Positions 48,762 through 58,645 of a DNA stretch of 64,000 bases are shown piece by piece. The notes beneath the pieces are model-generated. The model saw only the letters and a list, made by a program, of their open reading frames with translations. It was not told the origin of the DNA and did no database searches. Each line of letters opens with the position of its first letter. Within the stretch, counting starts at the first letter, position 1. The DNA is from Oceanispirochaeta sp. (GTDB lineage: Bacteria; Spirochaetota; Spirochaetia; DSM-2461), in contig CAXXOA010000001.1 of NCBI GenBank assembly GCA_963666275.2, positions 32,001-96,000 of the forward strand, read 5' to 3'. The position numbers were made by a program, and so were the translations under genes.

Positions 48762-49790
48762 TTATAAGCGGATTCCTCCGAAAAGAGTGGCATCCAGAAC
48801 CGTTGCAGACATTTGCAGGTTTTCCTTCGGATTGGCTATATCAGTCACATCAAGGTATGCATGAAAACCGCAATAAAAATTGTTGAAATTCATTCCAGTA
48901 GCCAGGCGGATGTTGTATTTCATCATCAGGATCTGTGCTTTGATTGTCTCGCTGCTTACACTATAGTCCCGGGCATCCTTGCTGAGAGTCTCATAGCTCT
49001 GCCACTGATAGGCCGGACCGGCAAAAATTACGGGTGTAAAATAGAAGTGTGACAGGACAAAGCTGTATCCGAACCCGGGCAACAAGCTCACTGAGTGGTA
49101 GCTGGATTCGCTGAATGCCGCTGCCTGGCCATAGTAGGATATCTGTTCTTCCGGGATGAGGGGTTTGTCGTTTGAAAAGCTGATATAATTGTAGGATGTC
49201 ATCAGCATCATCGCCCCGGCTCTTTTCAGTTGGACGGCAGAATTTTTAAAGGCGCTTTTCAGGGAGAAATTGTCTCCCGCAATGGTATAGAAAAAATCGG
49301 CCCCGATATTGTAGCACTCCATATCGCCCTGCTGAATCATTACCCCATTCTCCGGAGGTGAGGAAACCAGATCGGAGGTATTGGAAATATAATAGCCCTT
49401 GTACCGCATATAGTAGGTATCCAGGCCCCAACTGTCGCTGTAATAGGTAAGATTTATATCCTGATAATCTGTTTCTCCGTATTTGGTGCTGTCTCTTCCG
49501 TTCAGTAAACCATAGGAAGCACTGATTCCCCACTGTTTGTAGGAAGCCTGCATTCCCAGGTTCAGGGGGACATTCGGTCTGTATTCAATGGAGGTGCTCT
49601 CTGAGTCGGATGAGGAAAAGTTCAGAAAAAACATCCTGGATGAAACAGATGGCTGAATAATGAGATCGCTGTCATAGGACATATAGTAGAGTGAGTCATC
49701 AGTGCTCTCGGGTTTCGGAACTTCCCCGGAAATAAAAAAGGCAGTTAGAAGTAAAGCCGTGATAAATAGTCTCAGTTTCAATTCAGCCAT
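48762..49790 (-). CDS. Exported probable beta-barrel protein (DUF4421-like)
   Basis: Signal peptide; YRPN, YKGYY, FSLKSAF...QLKRAG; Tyr/Gly-rich strands. Confidence 0.65.
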   Translation of the reverse strand: MAELKLRLFITALLLTAFFISGEVPKPESTDDSLYYMSYDSDLIIQPSVSSRMFFLNFSSSDSESTSIEYRPNVPLNLGMQASYKQWGISASYGLLNGRDSTKYGETDYQDINLTYYSDSWGLDTYYMRYKGYYISNTSDLVSSPPENGVMIQQGDMECYNIGADFFYTIAGDNFSLKSAFKNSAVQLKRAGAMMLMTSYNYISFSNDKPLIPEEQISYYGQAAAFSESSYHSVSLLPGFGYSFVLSHFYFTPVIFAGPAYQWQSYETLSKDARDYSVSSETIKAQILMMKYNIRLATGMNFNNFYCGFHAYLDVTDIANPKENLQMSATVLDATLFGGIRL

Positions 49791-49887
49791 GGAAAATCCT
49801 TATATGGTTGGAATCATTTTATCATATCAACTCATAGAAAAAAGATCATTAAAATCCTCGAGTCAGCCTTTAATTCCAGAAATTCAG

Positions 49888-49940
49888 ACAAAAAAAGCCC
49901 ACCCGAAGGTGAGCACACTAAATGTAACAGAAGAGTATCC
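49888..49940. repeat. Direct repeat copy 1, containing a minus-strand terminator
   Basis: ACAAAAAAAGCCCACCCGAAGGTGAGCACACTAAATGTAACAGAAGAGTATCC. Confidence 0.9.
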
Positions 49941-50030
49941 TGAATTCGACTGATCATACTGACAGTTCTATTATGAGTATCTTTCTTGATCCAGTATAAA
50001 AAGAACGCTATTATATAATCAGAGGTTTAT

Positions 50031-50333
50031 ATGCATCCTTTAGAAGAAGCTGCCGAAAAAATCAGATCTCATTACCATGATGCCAGAGTTCTGTTATTCG
50101 GATCTCAGGCAAAAGGAGATGCTAACGAGGATAGTGATATTGACCTCTGCATTATCATTACTGATCCTCAGAAGCGGTTACTGGAAATAAGCCGAGAAAT
50201 CAGAAAAGATATTTATCCTATACTCAGAAGACCTCTTGATATTCTGGTGTATGACAGTAAATCTTTTGAAGAACGTTCATCTTTCCCCCTGACCATGGAA
50301 TCAGAAATACTTGAGTATGCAAGAGACTTATGA
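50031..50333 (+). CDS. Minimal nucleotidyltransferase (MNT), putative antitoxin
   Basis: LFGSQAKGDANEDSDIDL (GS-x10-DxD) and LDILV; 100 aa. Confidence 0.92.
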   Translation: MHPLEEAAEKIRSHYHDARVLLFGSQAKGDANEDSDIDLCIIITDPQKRLLEISREIRKDIYPILRRPLDILVYDSKSFEERSSFPLTMESEILEYARDL

Positions 50334-50710
50334 ATAAGGATGACCTTGTTAAAGAATGGCTTGATTACAGTCTGAAGGATCTGGAATCAGCCAAATTCCT
50401 GACAGCGATGGTTCCTGAGCCATTTGAAATTATCTGTTTCCATTGTCAGCAGTCCGTCGAAAAAGCATTGAAAGCTGTTTTGTATAAAAAGAATGTGCGG
50501 CCGCCGAAAACACATGATCTGGATGAATTAATTACTCTTTGTGCTATAAAAGAGGTGGAGGATTTCAGAGAATCAGTACTGCCCCTTAATGACTATTCTG
50601 TCATGATTCGCTACCCCTCCCTGGAAACTGTAGAAGAGCAGGATACCCGTCAGGCAACCCATGCTGCCGAACAATTCTTTTCAATGGTTTCAGATCTTAT
50701 CTCAAAATAA
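50330..50710 (+). CDS. HEPN-domain protein, putative toxin
   Basis: CFHCQQSVEKALKA, RPPKTHDL, IRYP; ATGA overlap with the MNT gene. Confidence 0.92.
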   Translation: MNKDDLVKEWLDYSLKDLESAKFLTAMVPEPFEIICFHCQQSVEKALKAVLYKKNVRPPKTHDLDELITLCAIKEVEDFRESVLPLNDYSVMIRYPSLETVEEQDTRQATHAAEQFFSMVSDLISK

Positions 50711-50804
50711 ATCTTTTTCCTGAAAGATAATCAGGTCTTTTGAATCAATCCGGGGAAATCAAATATATTCCGACTTAATAAAGAGAAAATTTCATTTCAG
50801 CTGC

Positions 50805-50858
50805 ACAAAAAAAAGCCCACCCGAAGGTGAGCTCTCTATATGTAACAGAAGAGTATCC
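50805..50858. repeat. Direct repeat copy 2, the intrinsic terminator of the PFOR gene
   Basis: ACAAAAAAAAGCCCACCCGAAGGTGAGCTCTCTATATGTAACAGAAGAGTATCC; the minus strand reads GCTCACC-TTCG-GGTGGGC-T8. Confidence 0.9.
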
Positions 50859-50937
50859 CGTGGAACACTCTTCCGATTCTCCCCATTATCGACTGCCTGA
50901 ACCAGTGATTCAGGCAGCGTCTAAATCAGAGATTAGA

Positions 50938-53900
50938 TTACATGATTTCTCCCATTTTCTTGAAGAAATCCCATCTTTTCTTGGCATCTGCTTCACATTC
51001 CGCGTAGAGGCCTTCGGCTTCTTCGGGAGCAGTTTTAAGCAGCGCGGTGTAACGTCTTTCGCTTCTGATGAACTCCTGGAAATCTCCGGTAGGATCTTTG
51101 GCATCCCAGCTGAATTTCTTTCCTTCTTCCAGAGCGGGGTTGTAGCGGTACATAGGCCAGTAACCGCAGTCTACGGCTCTTTTCTCTTCGACCTGAGTTT
51201 TCATCATGTCGATACCGTGGGCAATACAGGGCGCGTAAGCGAAGATGATGGAAGGTCCGTCATACGCTACAGCTTCCTGGATGGCTTTCTGAGCATGGTT
51301 CCTGTTGGCACCCAGAGCGATAGAGGCTACGTAACAGTAACCATAGCTCATGGCCATGAGGCTCATGTTCTTTTTACCCAGTCTCTTACCGGCGTTGGCA
51401 AACTTGGCAACAGCACTGATCTGGGTAGATTTGGAAGCCTGTCCACCGGTGTTTGAGTAAACCTCGGTATCCAGAACAAGGATGTTTACGTTTTTACCGG
51501 CAGCCAGTACGTGGTCTACACCACTGAATCCGATATCGTAAGCCCAACCGTCACCACCGATGATCCATACCGACTTATCTACAAAGTAGTCCTGGAGTTC
51601 GATGATTTTGGCCATGGTTTCGTCGCCGGCGGCATCAGCAGGAAGAGCTGCTTTTACAGCATCCTGAGCGTCGATGGCTTTCTGAGTTGTATCATCCCAC
51701 AGCTCCAGAGAAGCTTTCAGGGCTGATGTCAGTTCGGGAGTGGTTCCCGCAGCCAGAAGTGCGTCGACTTTTTTCTTCAGCAGAGTTCTGTTGGAATCTA
51801 CAGCCAGTCTCATACCGAAACCGTATTCCGCATTGTCTTCGAAGAGTGAGTTACCCCAGGCGGGTCCTCTTCCCTGTTCGTTTTTACAGTAGGGAACTGT
51901 GGGGAATGTACCACCGTAGATGGAGGAACATCCTGTTGCATTGGCTGCCAGCATGTGCTCACCGCAGATCTGGGTTACCAGTTTAACATAGGGAGTTTCA
52001 CCACAACCTGCACAGGCTCCGGAGAACTCGAACAGAGGTCTCTTGAACTGAGTTCCCTTGACGTTGTCTTCGGAAGATCCGTCGAGAGCTCCGTAGGGAA
52101 GGGGTTCGAAGAATTTTTCATTTTCGTGTTCACCCAGCTCTCTTTCTTTTTCAAGAGTAGAGAATACAAGGGCTTTTTCTTTGGCGGGACAGGTTTCGAT
52201 ACAGACACCACAACCCTGACAGTCGTCAGTGTAAACCTGAACTTTGTATTTCAGGTCAGCGTCTTTATCTTTGGATGCTTTCAGGTCTACAACGTTGAAA
52301 GTATCGGGTGCACCGGCCAGGTCGGCAGGTCTGATCTGTTTTGCCCGGATAGCCGCATGGGGACAGGACTGTACACACTGGTTACACTGGATACAGTTGG
52401 CACTCTGCCACTGGGGTACACGGGGTGCAACACCACGTTTTTCCAGTTTGGTGGTTCCTGTGGGGAGCACACCGTCAAAGCTCATGTGAGATACGGGGAT
52501 ATCATCACCCTTCATGAGCATGGATTTTTCAATGATGTTTTTGGTGAAATCATCTGCATCCGCGGGGATCAGAGTTTCGGGAACGTAAGATTTGGTGATG
52601 GAAGAAGGAACTTCAACCTTGATCAGGGCGGCAGCAGATTTATCTACGGCTTCCCAGTTCATCTTAACGATATCTTCACCCTTTCTGCTGAAAGTTTTCT
52701 TGATGTAGGATTTCATCAGGTCGATGGCCTGCTCTTCGGGCAGTACACCGGAGATCTTGAAGAAAGCAGCCTGCAGTACAGTATTGGTTCTGTTACCCAG
52801 TCCGACTTCTTCGGCAATCTTGTAGGCGTTCATGGCGTAGAACTTGACTTTTCTGTCGATGATAATCTGCTGTTCCTCTTTGGTGAGGCTGTTGAAGATC
52901 TCATCAGCGGGAACTTCAGTGTTCAGCAGGAATACTCCGCCTTCCTTGATAGGACCGAGCATATCGTAACGACCGATATAAGCGGGGTTTGAACAGGCTA
53001 CAAAGTCGGCTTTGTTGATCAGCCAGGGCATATTAACGGAAGATTTTCCGAATCTCAGGTGAGAAGTGGTAACACCACCGGACTTTTTAGAGTCGTATAC
53101 GAAGTAGGCCTGAGCGTTCATGTCGGTGTTGTCACCGATGATTTTGATGGAGTTCTTGTTGGCTCCGACGGTACCGTCAGATCCCAGACCCCAGAACATA
53201 CCGCTGAAAATATCGTCTGCGGCTACGCTGATCTCTTCTTTGATTTCAATGGACTTGTTGGAAACGTCATCGGTAATACCAACTGTGAATCCGTGGAAAG
53301 CCGCACCGTCGAGGTGATCGTAGATGGCTTTGACGTGAGAGGGGTTGAACTCTTTGGAAGACAGACCGTAGCGTCCTCCGATGATTTCAATACCTTTTCC
53401 GTTCAGAACAGTCACAACATCTTTGTAAAGAGGTTCACCCAGTGAACCGGGTTCTTTTGTTCTGTCCATAACAGCGATTTTCTTAACACTGGCGGGCAGG
53501 GCATCGATAAACGCTTTGGCAGAGAAAGGTCTGTAAAGTCTTACTTTGATAGCACCGACTTTTTCACCTTTGCTTACAAGGTAGTTTACAGTCTGTTCTG
53601 TTGTGTCACAGGCGGATCCCATGATGATGATAACTTTTTCAGCATCGGGAGCACCAACGTAATCAAACAGGTGGTACTGTCTGCCCACTTTGGAAGCCAG
53701 CAGATCCATATATTCCTGAACAACTTCAGGAACTGTATCATAAATGTTATTGGTTGTTTCACGACCCTGGAAGTAAACGTCGGGGTTCTGAGCTGCCACT
53801 TTTACAACGGGCTTTTCAGGTCTCATACCTCTGGAGCGGAATCTTTCGATATATTCAGGCTCGATCATGGATTTGATCGTATCGTAGGAGATTTCCTCTA

Positions 53901-54453
53901 CCTTCTGGATTTCGTGAGAGGTTCTGAATCCGTCAAAGAAAGACAGGAAAGGAACCTGGGTTTTCAGAGTTGCCAGATGAGCAACAACAGCCATATCCAT
54001 TGTTTCCTGAATGGAGGAAGCAGCGGTCATGGCGAAACCGGTAGCCAGACAGGACATAACGTCTGAGTGGTCACCGAAAATAGACAGAGACTGTGCCGCC
54101 AGTGAACGGGCGGAAACATGGAAAACTGTCGGAATCATTTCACCGGCAATCTTGTACATGTTGGGGATCATCAGCAGAAGACCCTGAGACGCGGTAAACG
54201 TGGTTGTCAGGGCACCACCGGAAAGGGCTCCGTGAACGGAACCGGCTGCACCGGCTTCAGACTGCATTTCTACAACATCGACTTTTTTGCCGAAGACGTT
54301 TTCCCGGCCCTGGCTCGCCCAGGCGTCGGAATACTCACCCATCGGTGATGAGGGAGTAATGGGGAAAATTGCGGCTACTTCACTGAAAGCATACGCTACA
54401 TGAGCTGCAGCGGCATTACCGTCAATGGTAACCATTTTCTTTTCATTTGACAT
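50938..54453 (-). CDS. nifJ: Pyruvate:ferredoxin (flavodoxin) oxidoreductase
   Basis: FPITPSS, EMQSEAGAAG, GLGSDGTVGANK, two ferredoxin Cys motifs, GACAGCGE, GGDGWAYD, YSNTGGQ. Confidence 0.98.
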   Translation of the reverse strand: MSNEKKMVTIDGNAAAAHVAYAFSEVAAIFPITPSSPMGEYSDAWASQGRENVFGKKVDVVEMQSEAGAAGSVHGALSGGALTTTFTASQGLLLMIPNMYKIAGEMIPTVFHVSARSLAAQSLSIFGDHSDVMSCLATGFAMTAASSIQETMDMAVVAHLATLKTQVPFLSFFDGFRTSHEIQKVEEISYDTIKSMIEPEYIERFRSRGMRPEKPVVKVAAQNPDVYFQGRETTNNIYDTVPEVVQEYMDLLASKVGRQYHLFDYVGAPDAEKVIIIMGSACDTTEQTVNYLVSKGEKVGAIKVRLYRPFSAKAFIDALPASVKKIAVMDRTKEPGSLGEPLYKDVVTVLNGKGIEIIGGRYGLSSKEFNPSHVKAIYDHLDGAAFHGFTVGITDDVSNKSIEIKEEISVAADDIFSGMFWGLGSDGTVGANKNSIKIIGDNTDMNAQAYFVYDSKKSGGVTTSHLRFGKSSVNMPWLINKADFVACSNPAYIGRYDMLGPIKEGGVFLLNTEVPADEIFNSLTKEEQQIIIDRKVKFYAMNAYKIAEEVGLGNRTNTVLQAAFFKISGVLPEEQAIDLMKSYIKKTFSRKGEDIVKMNWEAVDKSAAALIKVEVPSSITKSYVPETLIPADADDFTKNIIEKSMLMKGDDIPVSHMSFDGVLPTGTTKLEKRGVAPRVPQWQSANCIQCNQCVQSCPHAAIRAKQIRPADLAGAPDTFNVVDLKASKDKDADLKYKVQVYTDDCQGCGVCIETCPAKEKALVFSTLEKERELGEHENEKFFEPLPYGALDGSSEDNVKGTQFKRPLFEFSGACAGCGETPYVKLVTQICGEHMLAANATGCSSIYGGTFPTVPYCKNEQGRGPAWGNSLFEDNAEYGFGMRLAVDSNRTLLKKKVDALLAAGTTPELTSALKASLELWDDTTQKAIDAQDAVKAALPADAAGDETMAKIIELQDYFVDKSVWIIGGDGWAYDIGFSGVDHVLAAGKNVNILVLDTEVYSNTGGQASKSTQISAVAKFANAGKRLGKKNMSLMAMSYGYCYVASIALGANRNHAQKAIQEAVAYDGPSIIFAYAPCIAHGIDMMKTQVEEKRAVDCGYWPMYRYNPALEEGKKFSWDAKDPTGDFQEFIRSERRYTALLKTAPEEAEGLYAECEADAKKRWDFFKKMGEIM

Positions 54454-54738
54454 ATGAGAAATCCCTTATAATTAGAATAGTTTTGACCCCAACATCATAA
54501 AGGTTATGCCAGAAGTGGGCAAGGGCAATTCTCCAACCCTTTCTTAAAATAGGTAGGGAAATATCGAATAATTCGCAATTCTATGATGCAAAAAATCCAA
54601 CATAAGAATTTTAGGGGAATCCTGACAAAATCCTAATATAAATGAATCAGAATAGACGGAAATATCACCACTATAGGACCTTATTTACTAATATTAGCTC
54701 CTTTCAGGGGGTATATAAGTGACTTTTGGAGAAAAATT

Positions 54739-55626
54739 ATGGAAATACGGGAAGAAATCCTCGGAAATGTCCGGGTGTGTCATCTATCAGGGGAGTTGGA
54801 TCTTTATACCTCCGGAAGAGTGAAAGAGGCTGTGACCGGCCAGATAAACCGGGGAGCAAGGAAGGTCATTCTGCACTGCAAAGATATGACATATATTGAT
54901 TCCAGCGGGGTGGGAGTTGTCATTTCCCTTTTCACATCCCTTAGAAAAATGAAAGGAGATCTGTACCTCTGCGGACTTCTGCCGCAGGTCCTCTCGGTCC
55001 TCTCCTTTACAAAACTGGTGGGATTTCTTCCTGTTGCGGAGACCCTGGGGCAGGCTCTGAAGGACATCGGCCAAACCGCAGAGGATGAAAGGGAGAAATT
55101 TTCCGCAGAACATAAATACAGAGAGATTATTCAGGATGATGAGCATGTACTTCTGAAGACAGATAAAATGAATCATAAGGACTTCAATCTGGATCTGAGA
55201 AAGGTCCGCCGTCTGAGTCAGCTGATTGTGCAGAAGGCTCCCCGGGAGATCCTGGAGATTAACCTTCTGGAACAGCAGATCTGTGAAATCATAAAAAATG
55301 CCGTACGCCACGGCAACAGGAATGATCCCAATAAAAAAGTGAGGATATGGTACTCTTTCAGTGAGAAACACGCCCATCTGGTGGTCCAGGATGAGGGCGA
55401 AGGGTTCAGGAATCTCGACCGATGGAACTCTTTCTACAGGAAAAAGATGAAAGCCTTTGAAGAGAAAGACTTTGATACCATGATGGATTATCTCTCCTAC
55501 AGAACCGCCGACAGTAATGACAATGACGGGGGGAATGCCCTTTTTGCGGCTGTGGAATTCTGGAACCGGGGTGTGGTTTTTTCGGAAAAAGGAAATACAG
55601 TGGCTGTGAAACGGATCTATAGCTGA
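54739..55626 (+). CDS. STAS anti-sigma antagonist fused to an RsbW-like HATPase domain
   Basis: LSGELD and YIDSSGVG (STAS); EIIKNAVRHGN and QDEGEGF (HATPase_c_2). Confidence 0.85.
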   Translation: MEIREEILGNVRVCHLSGELDLYTSGRVKEAVTGQINRGARKVILHCKDMTYIDSSGVGVVISLFTSLRKMKGDLYLCGLLPQVLSVLSFTKLVGFLPVAETLGQALKDIGQTAEDEREKFSAEHKYREIIQDDEHVLLKTDKMNHKDFNLDLRKVRRLSQLIVQKAPREILEINLLEQQICEIIKNAVRHGNRNDPNKKVRIWYSFSEKHAHLVVQDEGEGFRNLDRWNSFYRKKMKAFEEKDFDTMMDYLSYRTADSNDNDGGNALFAAVEFWNRGVVFSEKGNTVAVKRIYS

Positions 55627-55643
55627 TTTCAGGCTCCCGCCCT

Positions 55644-56858
55644 TTATAACCTGATATCTTCGGCTTCATCCGGATGGGGGTAGCGGATCAGCAGGAAGGT
55701 CATATCGTCATGATAGGGCGTGTCCTGCCGGAAGGTTTCGAAATCCAGAAGCACCGCATCGCGGATCTCCTCCAGGGAGCAGTCTCTGTAGATTTTGATA
55801 AGGTCCTGGAGCTGCCGCATCTCATAGCATTGTCCCGAAGCATCCTTCTGCTCCACAAGACCGTCTGTAATGGTCATGATAATGTCGTTGTATTTCAGAG
55901 TCAGGGCTCCCGCTTTAGGTTCCAGGGATTCTGTGACCCCCACCGGGAGATTGTCCATTTCCGATGCGATCCTGTTGGACTTCCCCTCCCTGATCAGAGA
56001 GAGATAGGAGTGGCCCATGTCCAGAATAATCACTTTGCCGGTGAGTTCGTTGAACTGCATGAAGACTCCTGTGAGGAAACGGTCCCCTTTGAAGGTTTCA
56101 AAGATGATGCGGTTGAGATCTCTCACAAAGGCTTTCAGCCCTTTCCGGAAATCATAGGTCTGGGCAATGCCGTAGAGCATGGCTGTCACAATAGAGGCCG
56201 CCACCCCTTTGCCTGAGACATCGCAGAGCATGAGGATCCAGTCACTGGTGTTGATCTTCTTGGTCAGGTAGAAATCTCCTCCCACGCCCTGTGCGGGGGT
56301 GAAGGATGTGGCCACTTCTACACCGAAGGCCATGATATTATGACGGCTCTTCACCATCCTGTTCTGAACTTTTCTTGCAAGCTGCAGATCTTTCCGGCTC
56401 TGTTCGGACAGGTGTATCAGAAGGTTCCTTGTAGAGAAAATCCCGGCAAAACCTCCTTTTTTATCCAGAACCGTATAGTAGCTCTCCTTCTGAAGTTTCA
56501 TTTCATGCTTCAGTTCCTCGCTGACTGTGAGGAGAGGGGTTTTCAGTTCGAATTCCCGGGGCATCACTGTGACTTTGCTGACCGGTCTTTTTTTAAGCAC
56601 ATCCAGGCCGAAAGGGCGGCTGACCAGTTTCATCAGCTCTTTCCTTACTATAATGCCTCTGTAGGTTCTCCTGTCATCGCTGACCACGCCAACCGCATTG
56701 ATCTCCGAGCCGGGGCCGTTGAAGAGATTGACAAGCTCCTGGATCGGCAGATCCTCCCTGATATAGGAGCGGCTCGAGATGAGGCGGCACACCGAATAGC
56801 CCGAGTCCATCAGCTCGTCGGGAACCCTTCTGAGTATAGTCGTCTCTGCTGTATTCAT
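55644..56858 (-). CDS. SpoIIE/RsbU-type PP2C phosphatase with N-terminal CBS-like pair
   Basis: ARKVQ, VGGDFY, DVSGKG, TDGLVE, DDMT; CBS-like N-terminus. Confidence 0.9.
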   Translation of the reverse strand: MNTAETTILRRVPDELMDSGYSVCRLISSRSYIREDLPIQELVNLFNGPGSEINAVGVVSDDRRTYRGIIVRKELMKLVSRPFGLDVLKKRPVSKVTVMPREFELKTPLLTVSEELKHEMKLQKESYYTVLDKKGGFAGIFSTRNLLIHLSEQSRKDLQLARKVQNRMVKSRHNIMAFGVEVATSFTPAQGVGGDFYLTKKINTSDWILMLCDVSGKGVAASIVTAMLYGIAQTYDFRKGLKAFVRDLNRIIFETFKGDRFLTGVFMQFNELTGKVIILDMGHSYLSLIREGKSNRIASEMDNLPVGVTESLEPKAGALTLKYNDIIMTITDGLVEQKDASGQCYEMRQLQDLIKIYRDCSLEEIRDAVLLDFETFRQDTPYHDDMTFLLIRYPHPDEAEDIRL

Positions 56859-56934
56859 ATGATCTCTCCTTTTTTCGTATGGACAGAGATCAGAGTATCA
56901 GCGGAGTATGAATGTTTTGTTAAATCCCGGAAAT

Positions 56935-58482
56935 TCAGGAGTAGAGCAGTCTCAGATATTCCAGCCTGGTGAAGTCCCTGAGAAGTGTCTCGCCGGGATC
57001 CCGGTTAAGACTGAAAGTTCTGCCATCCTGAAAAGAGTCTAGTATTTTCTGAAACGCACTGTTATAGGCATCAAACCCATAGTGCCTGAAAAGCTCTTCC
57101 CTGTGGGAGTCCTTCTCCACTTTTTCCATGGATGTGATGGATCTGATCAGAGAATGATTCAGCTCTTTGAGTTCCTTCCGGTAGCCCTTGTCCTCTTTCT
57201 GTGTCTGCAGCGATGAGTACTGATCCAGAACGGAGAGGAAGGAGAAGTCTATTCCTTCCTGATTCAGCAGGGCATCCAGTTCGCCGATCAGTTTTTCCTT
57301 CAGTGCTGCAGAAGGGCCCGGATTCAGGGCGTCAAAGCGGAGTATATACTCTTCCCGGAGGGACTGTTTCAGCTGTTTTTTACCTGGGACTTTCACCTGC
57401 CTGTAGAAATGGGAGGGGTAGGTCTCAAACAGGGGAAGGAATCCGCCCATTATGTCCAGATAGCGGGCTATCAGGGGTTTGTTCCAGAGAATCGCATTCA
57501 GATACATATAGCCGAATCCCTCCTGAACTGAGGAAGAAAAAATCCGGTCGGCATGCCGGATCATACCCTGATAGGTAATTCCCGATTCTTCGGGAAGAAT
57601 TCCGGTTCCCCAGAACCCCGGGATAAGCCCTTCCAGAAAGGCCCTCTCCACTGTTTCCGAGTACTCTTTCTCCTGTTCTGATATGCCCGGCAGGGTCACA
57701 ATCAGGTTGGCCGGGGAGTCAAGAAGCCGGCAGATCAGTCCCCCTTCGAGGATATTCTTTCTGCGTATGGTTCTGACAGGGTACAGCCAGAGTTCACCCT
57801 GGGGGAGGAAGCTGCCGTGATCCGGTGCATAACGGGACAGATTCTCGATCAGGACAGCCCTTTCCTCCGGAGAGGGAAGGGGGGCGGCCGGTTTAAAGGG
57901 GAGAGGGTTCTCAAGGAGGAAAATCTGATTCTCCGGCAGGCCCGCCTGAATCATAAGATCGTAATCCCGCTGGTTGATGACCGAGTACCTGACAGAAAGG
58001 GAGCCTGTGTAGAGGCTTTTTTTCAGATTGTCTCTCAGGATCTTCAGGTTTTCATATCTGCCGCATTCTGGGAAATCATGAACCTGAAAGATCATTTTCT
58101 GATCACCCTTTTCGGCCAGCTGAAGGAGCGCGGCTGTAAAAATCCAGTTTTTTCCCAGATGGTAGTTGTGAATCAGCCAGACCGACTGCTCTGAACCGAA
58201 CTCTCTCTCCAGTTTTCCGGCCAGGACCGCAGGCTCGTCCGGGGGGGAGTCCCGTTGGGACAGATAGTCTATAGCGGGGTATACCCTGACCTCTATGTCC
58301 CTCTCGGGATCTGCGGCATACTCCCTCAGTGAATCCAGGTTTTCATCTCTCCCGCAGACGATTGTTATTTTACCTACCGAAGGCCCCGGGTTGAAGGCCT
58401 GCAGAGAGAGGCGCACAACATCGGTCACACCTCCCGGCAGAAGATGGTAGTGGAATATGACAAGGTTCACTGGCTGGTTCAT
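56935..58482 (-). CDS. GT-B fold glycosyltransferase (GT4-like)
   Basis: HYHLLPGGVT, HNYHLGKN, HDFPE, PVRTIRRKN, EGFG. Confidence 0.75.
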   Translation of the reverse strand: MNQPVNLVIFHYHLLPGGVTDVVRLSLQAFNPGPSVGKITIVCGRDENLDSLREYAADPERDIEVRVYPAIDYLSQRDSPPDEPAVLAGKLEREFGSEQSVWLIHNYHLGKNWIFTAALLQLAEKGDQKMIFQVHDFPECGRYENLKILRDNLKKSLYTGSLSVRYSVINQRDYDLMIQAGLPENQIFLLENPLPFKPAAPLPSPEERAVLIENLSRYAPDHGSFLPQGELWLYPVRTIRRKNILEGGLICRLLDSPANLIVTLPGISEQEKEYSETVERAFLEGLIPGFWGTGILPEESGITYQGMIRHADRIFSSSVQEGFGYMYLNAILWNKPLIARYLDIMGGFLPLFETYPSHFYRQVKVPGKKQLKQSLREEYILRFDALNPGPSAALKEKLIGELDALLNQEGIDFSFLSVLDQYSSLQTQKEDKGYRKELKELNHSLIRSITSMEKVEKDSHREELFRHYGFDAYNSAFQKILDSFQDGRTFSLNRDPGETLLRDFTRLEYLRLLYS

Positions 58483-58645
58483 GACGGCTGCTCCCTGATT
58501 CTAATAATAGGAAAAAACAAGGGGGATTCGCAAGAGAATACCAACATGGGGCTGTAATATTGATAAACCTGTACCAATGAAATATATTCTAAGTTGTTAG
58601 ACATCATTGATATCATTATATAATACAAAGAAAAGTAGGGCTGTT

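Noticed and set aside
49888..50858. CRISPR array or IS/prophage att sites
   Set aside because: Only two copies ~0.9 kb apart, with no cas, transposase or integrase; the repeat is a terminator region.
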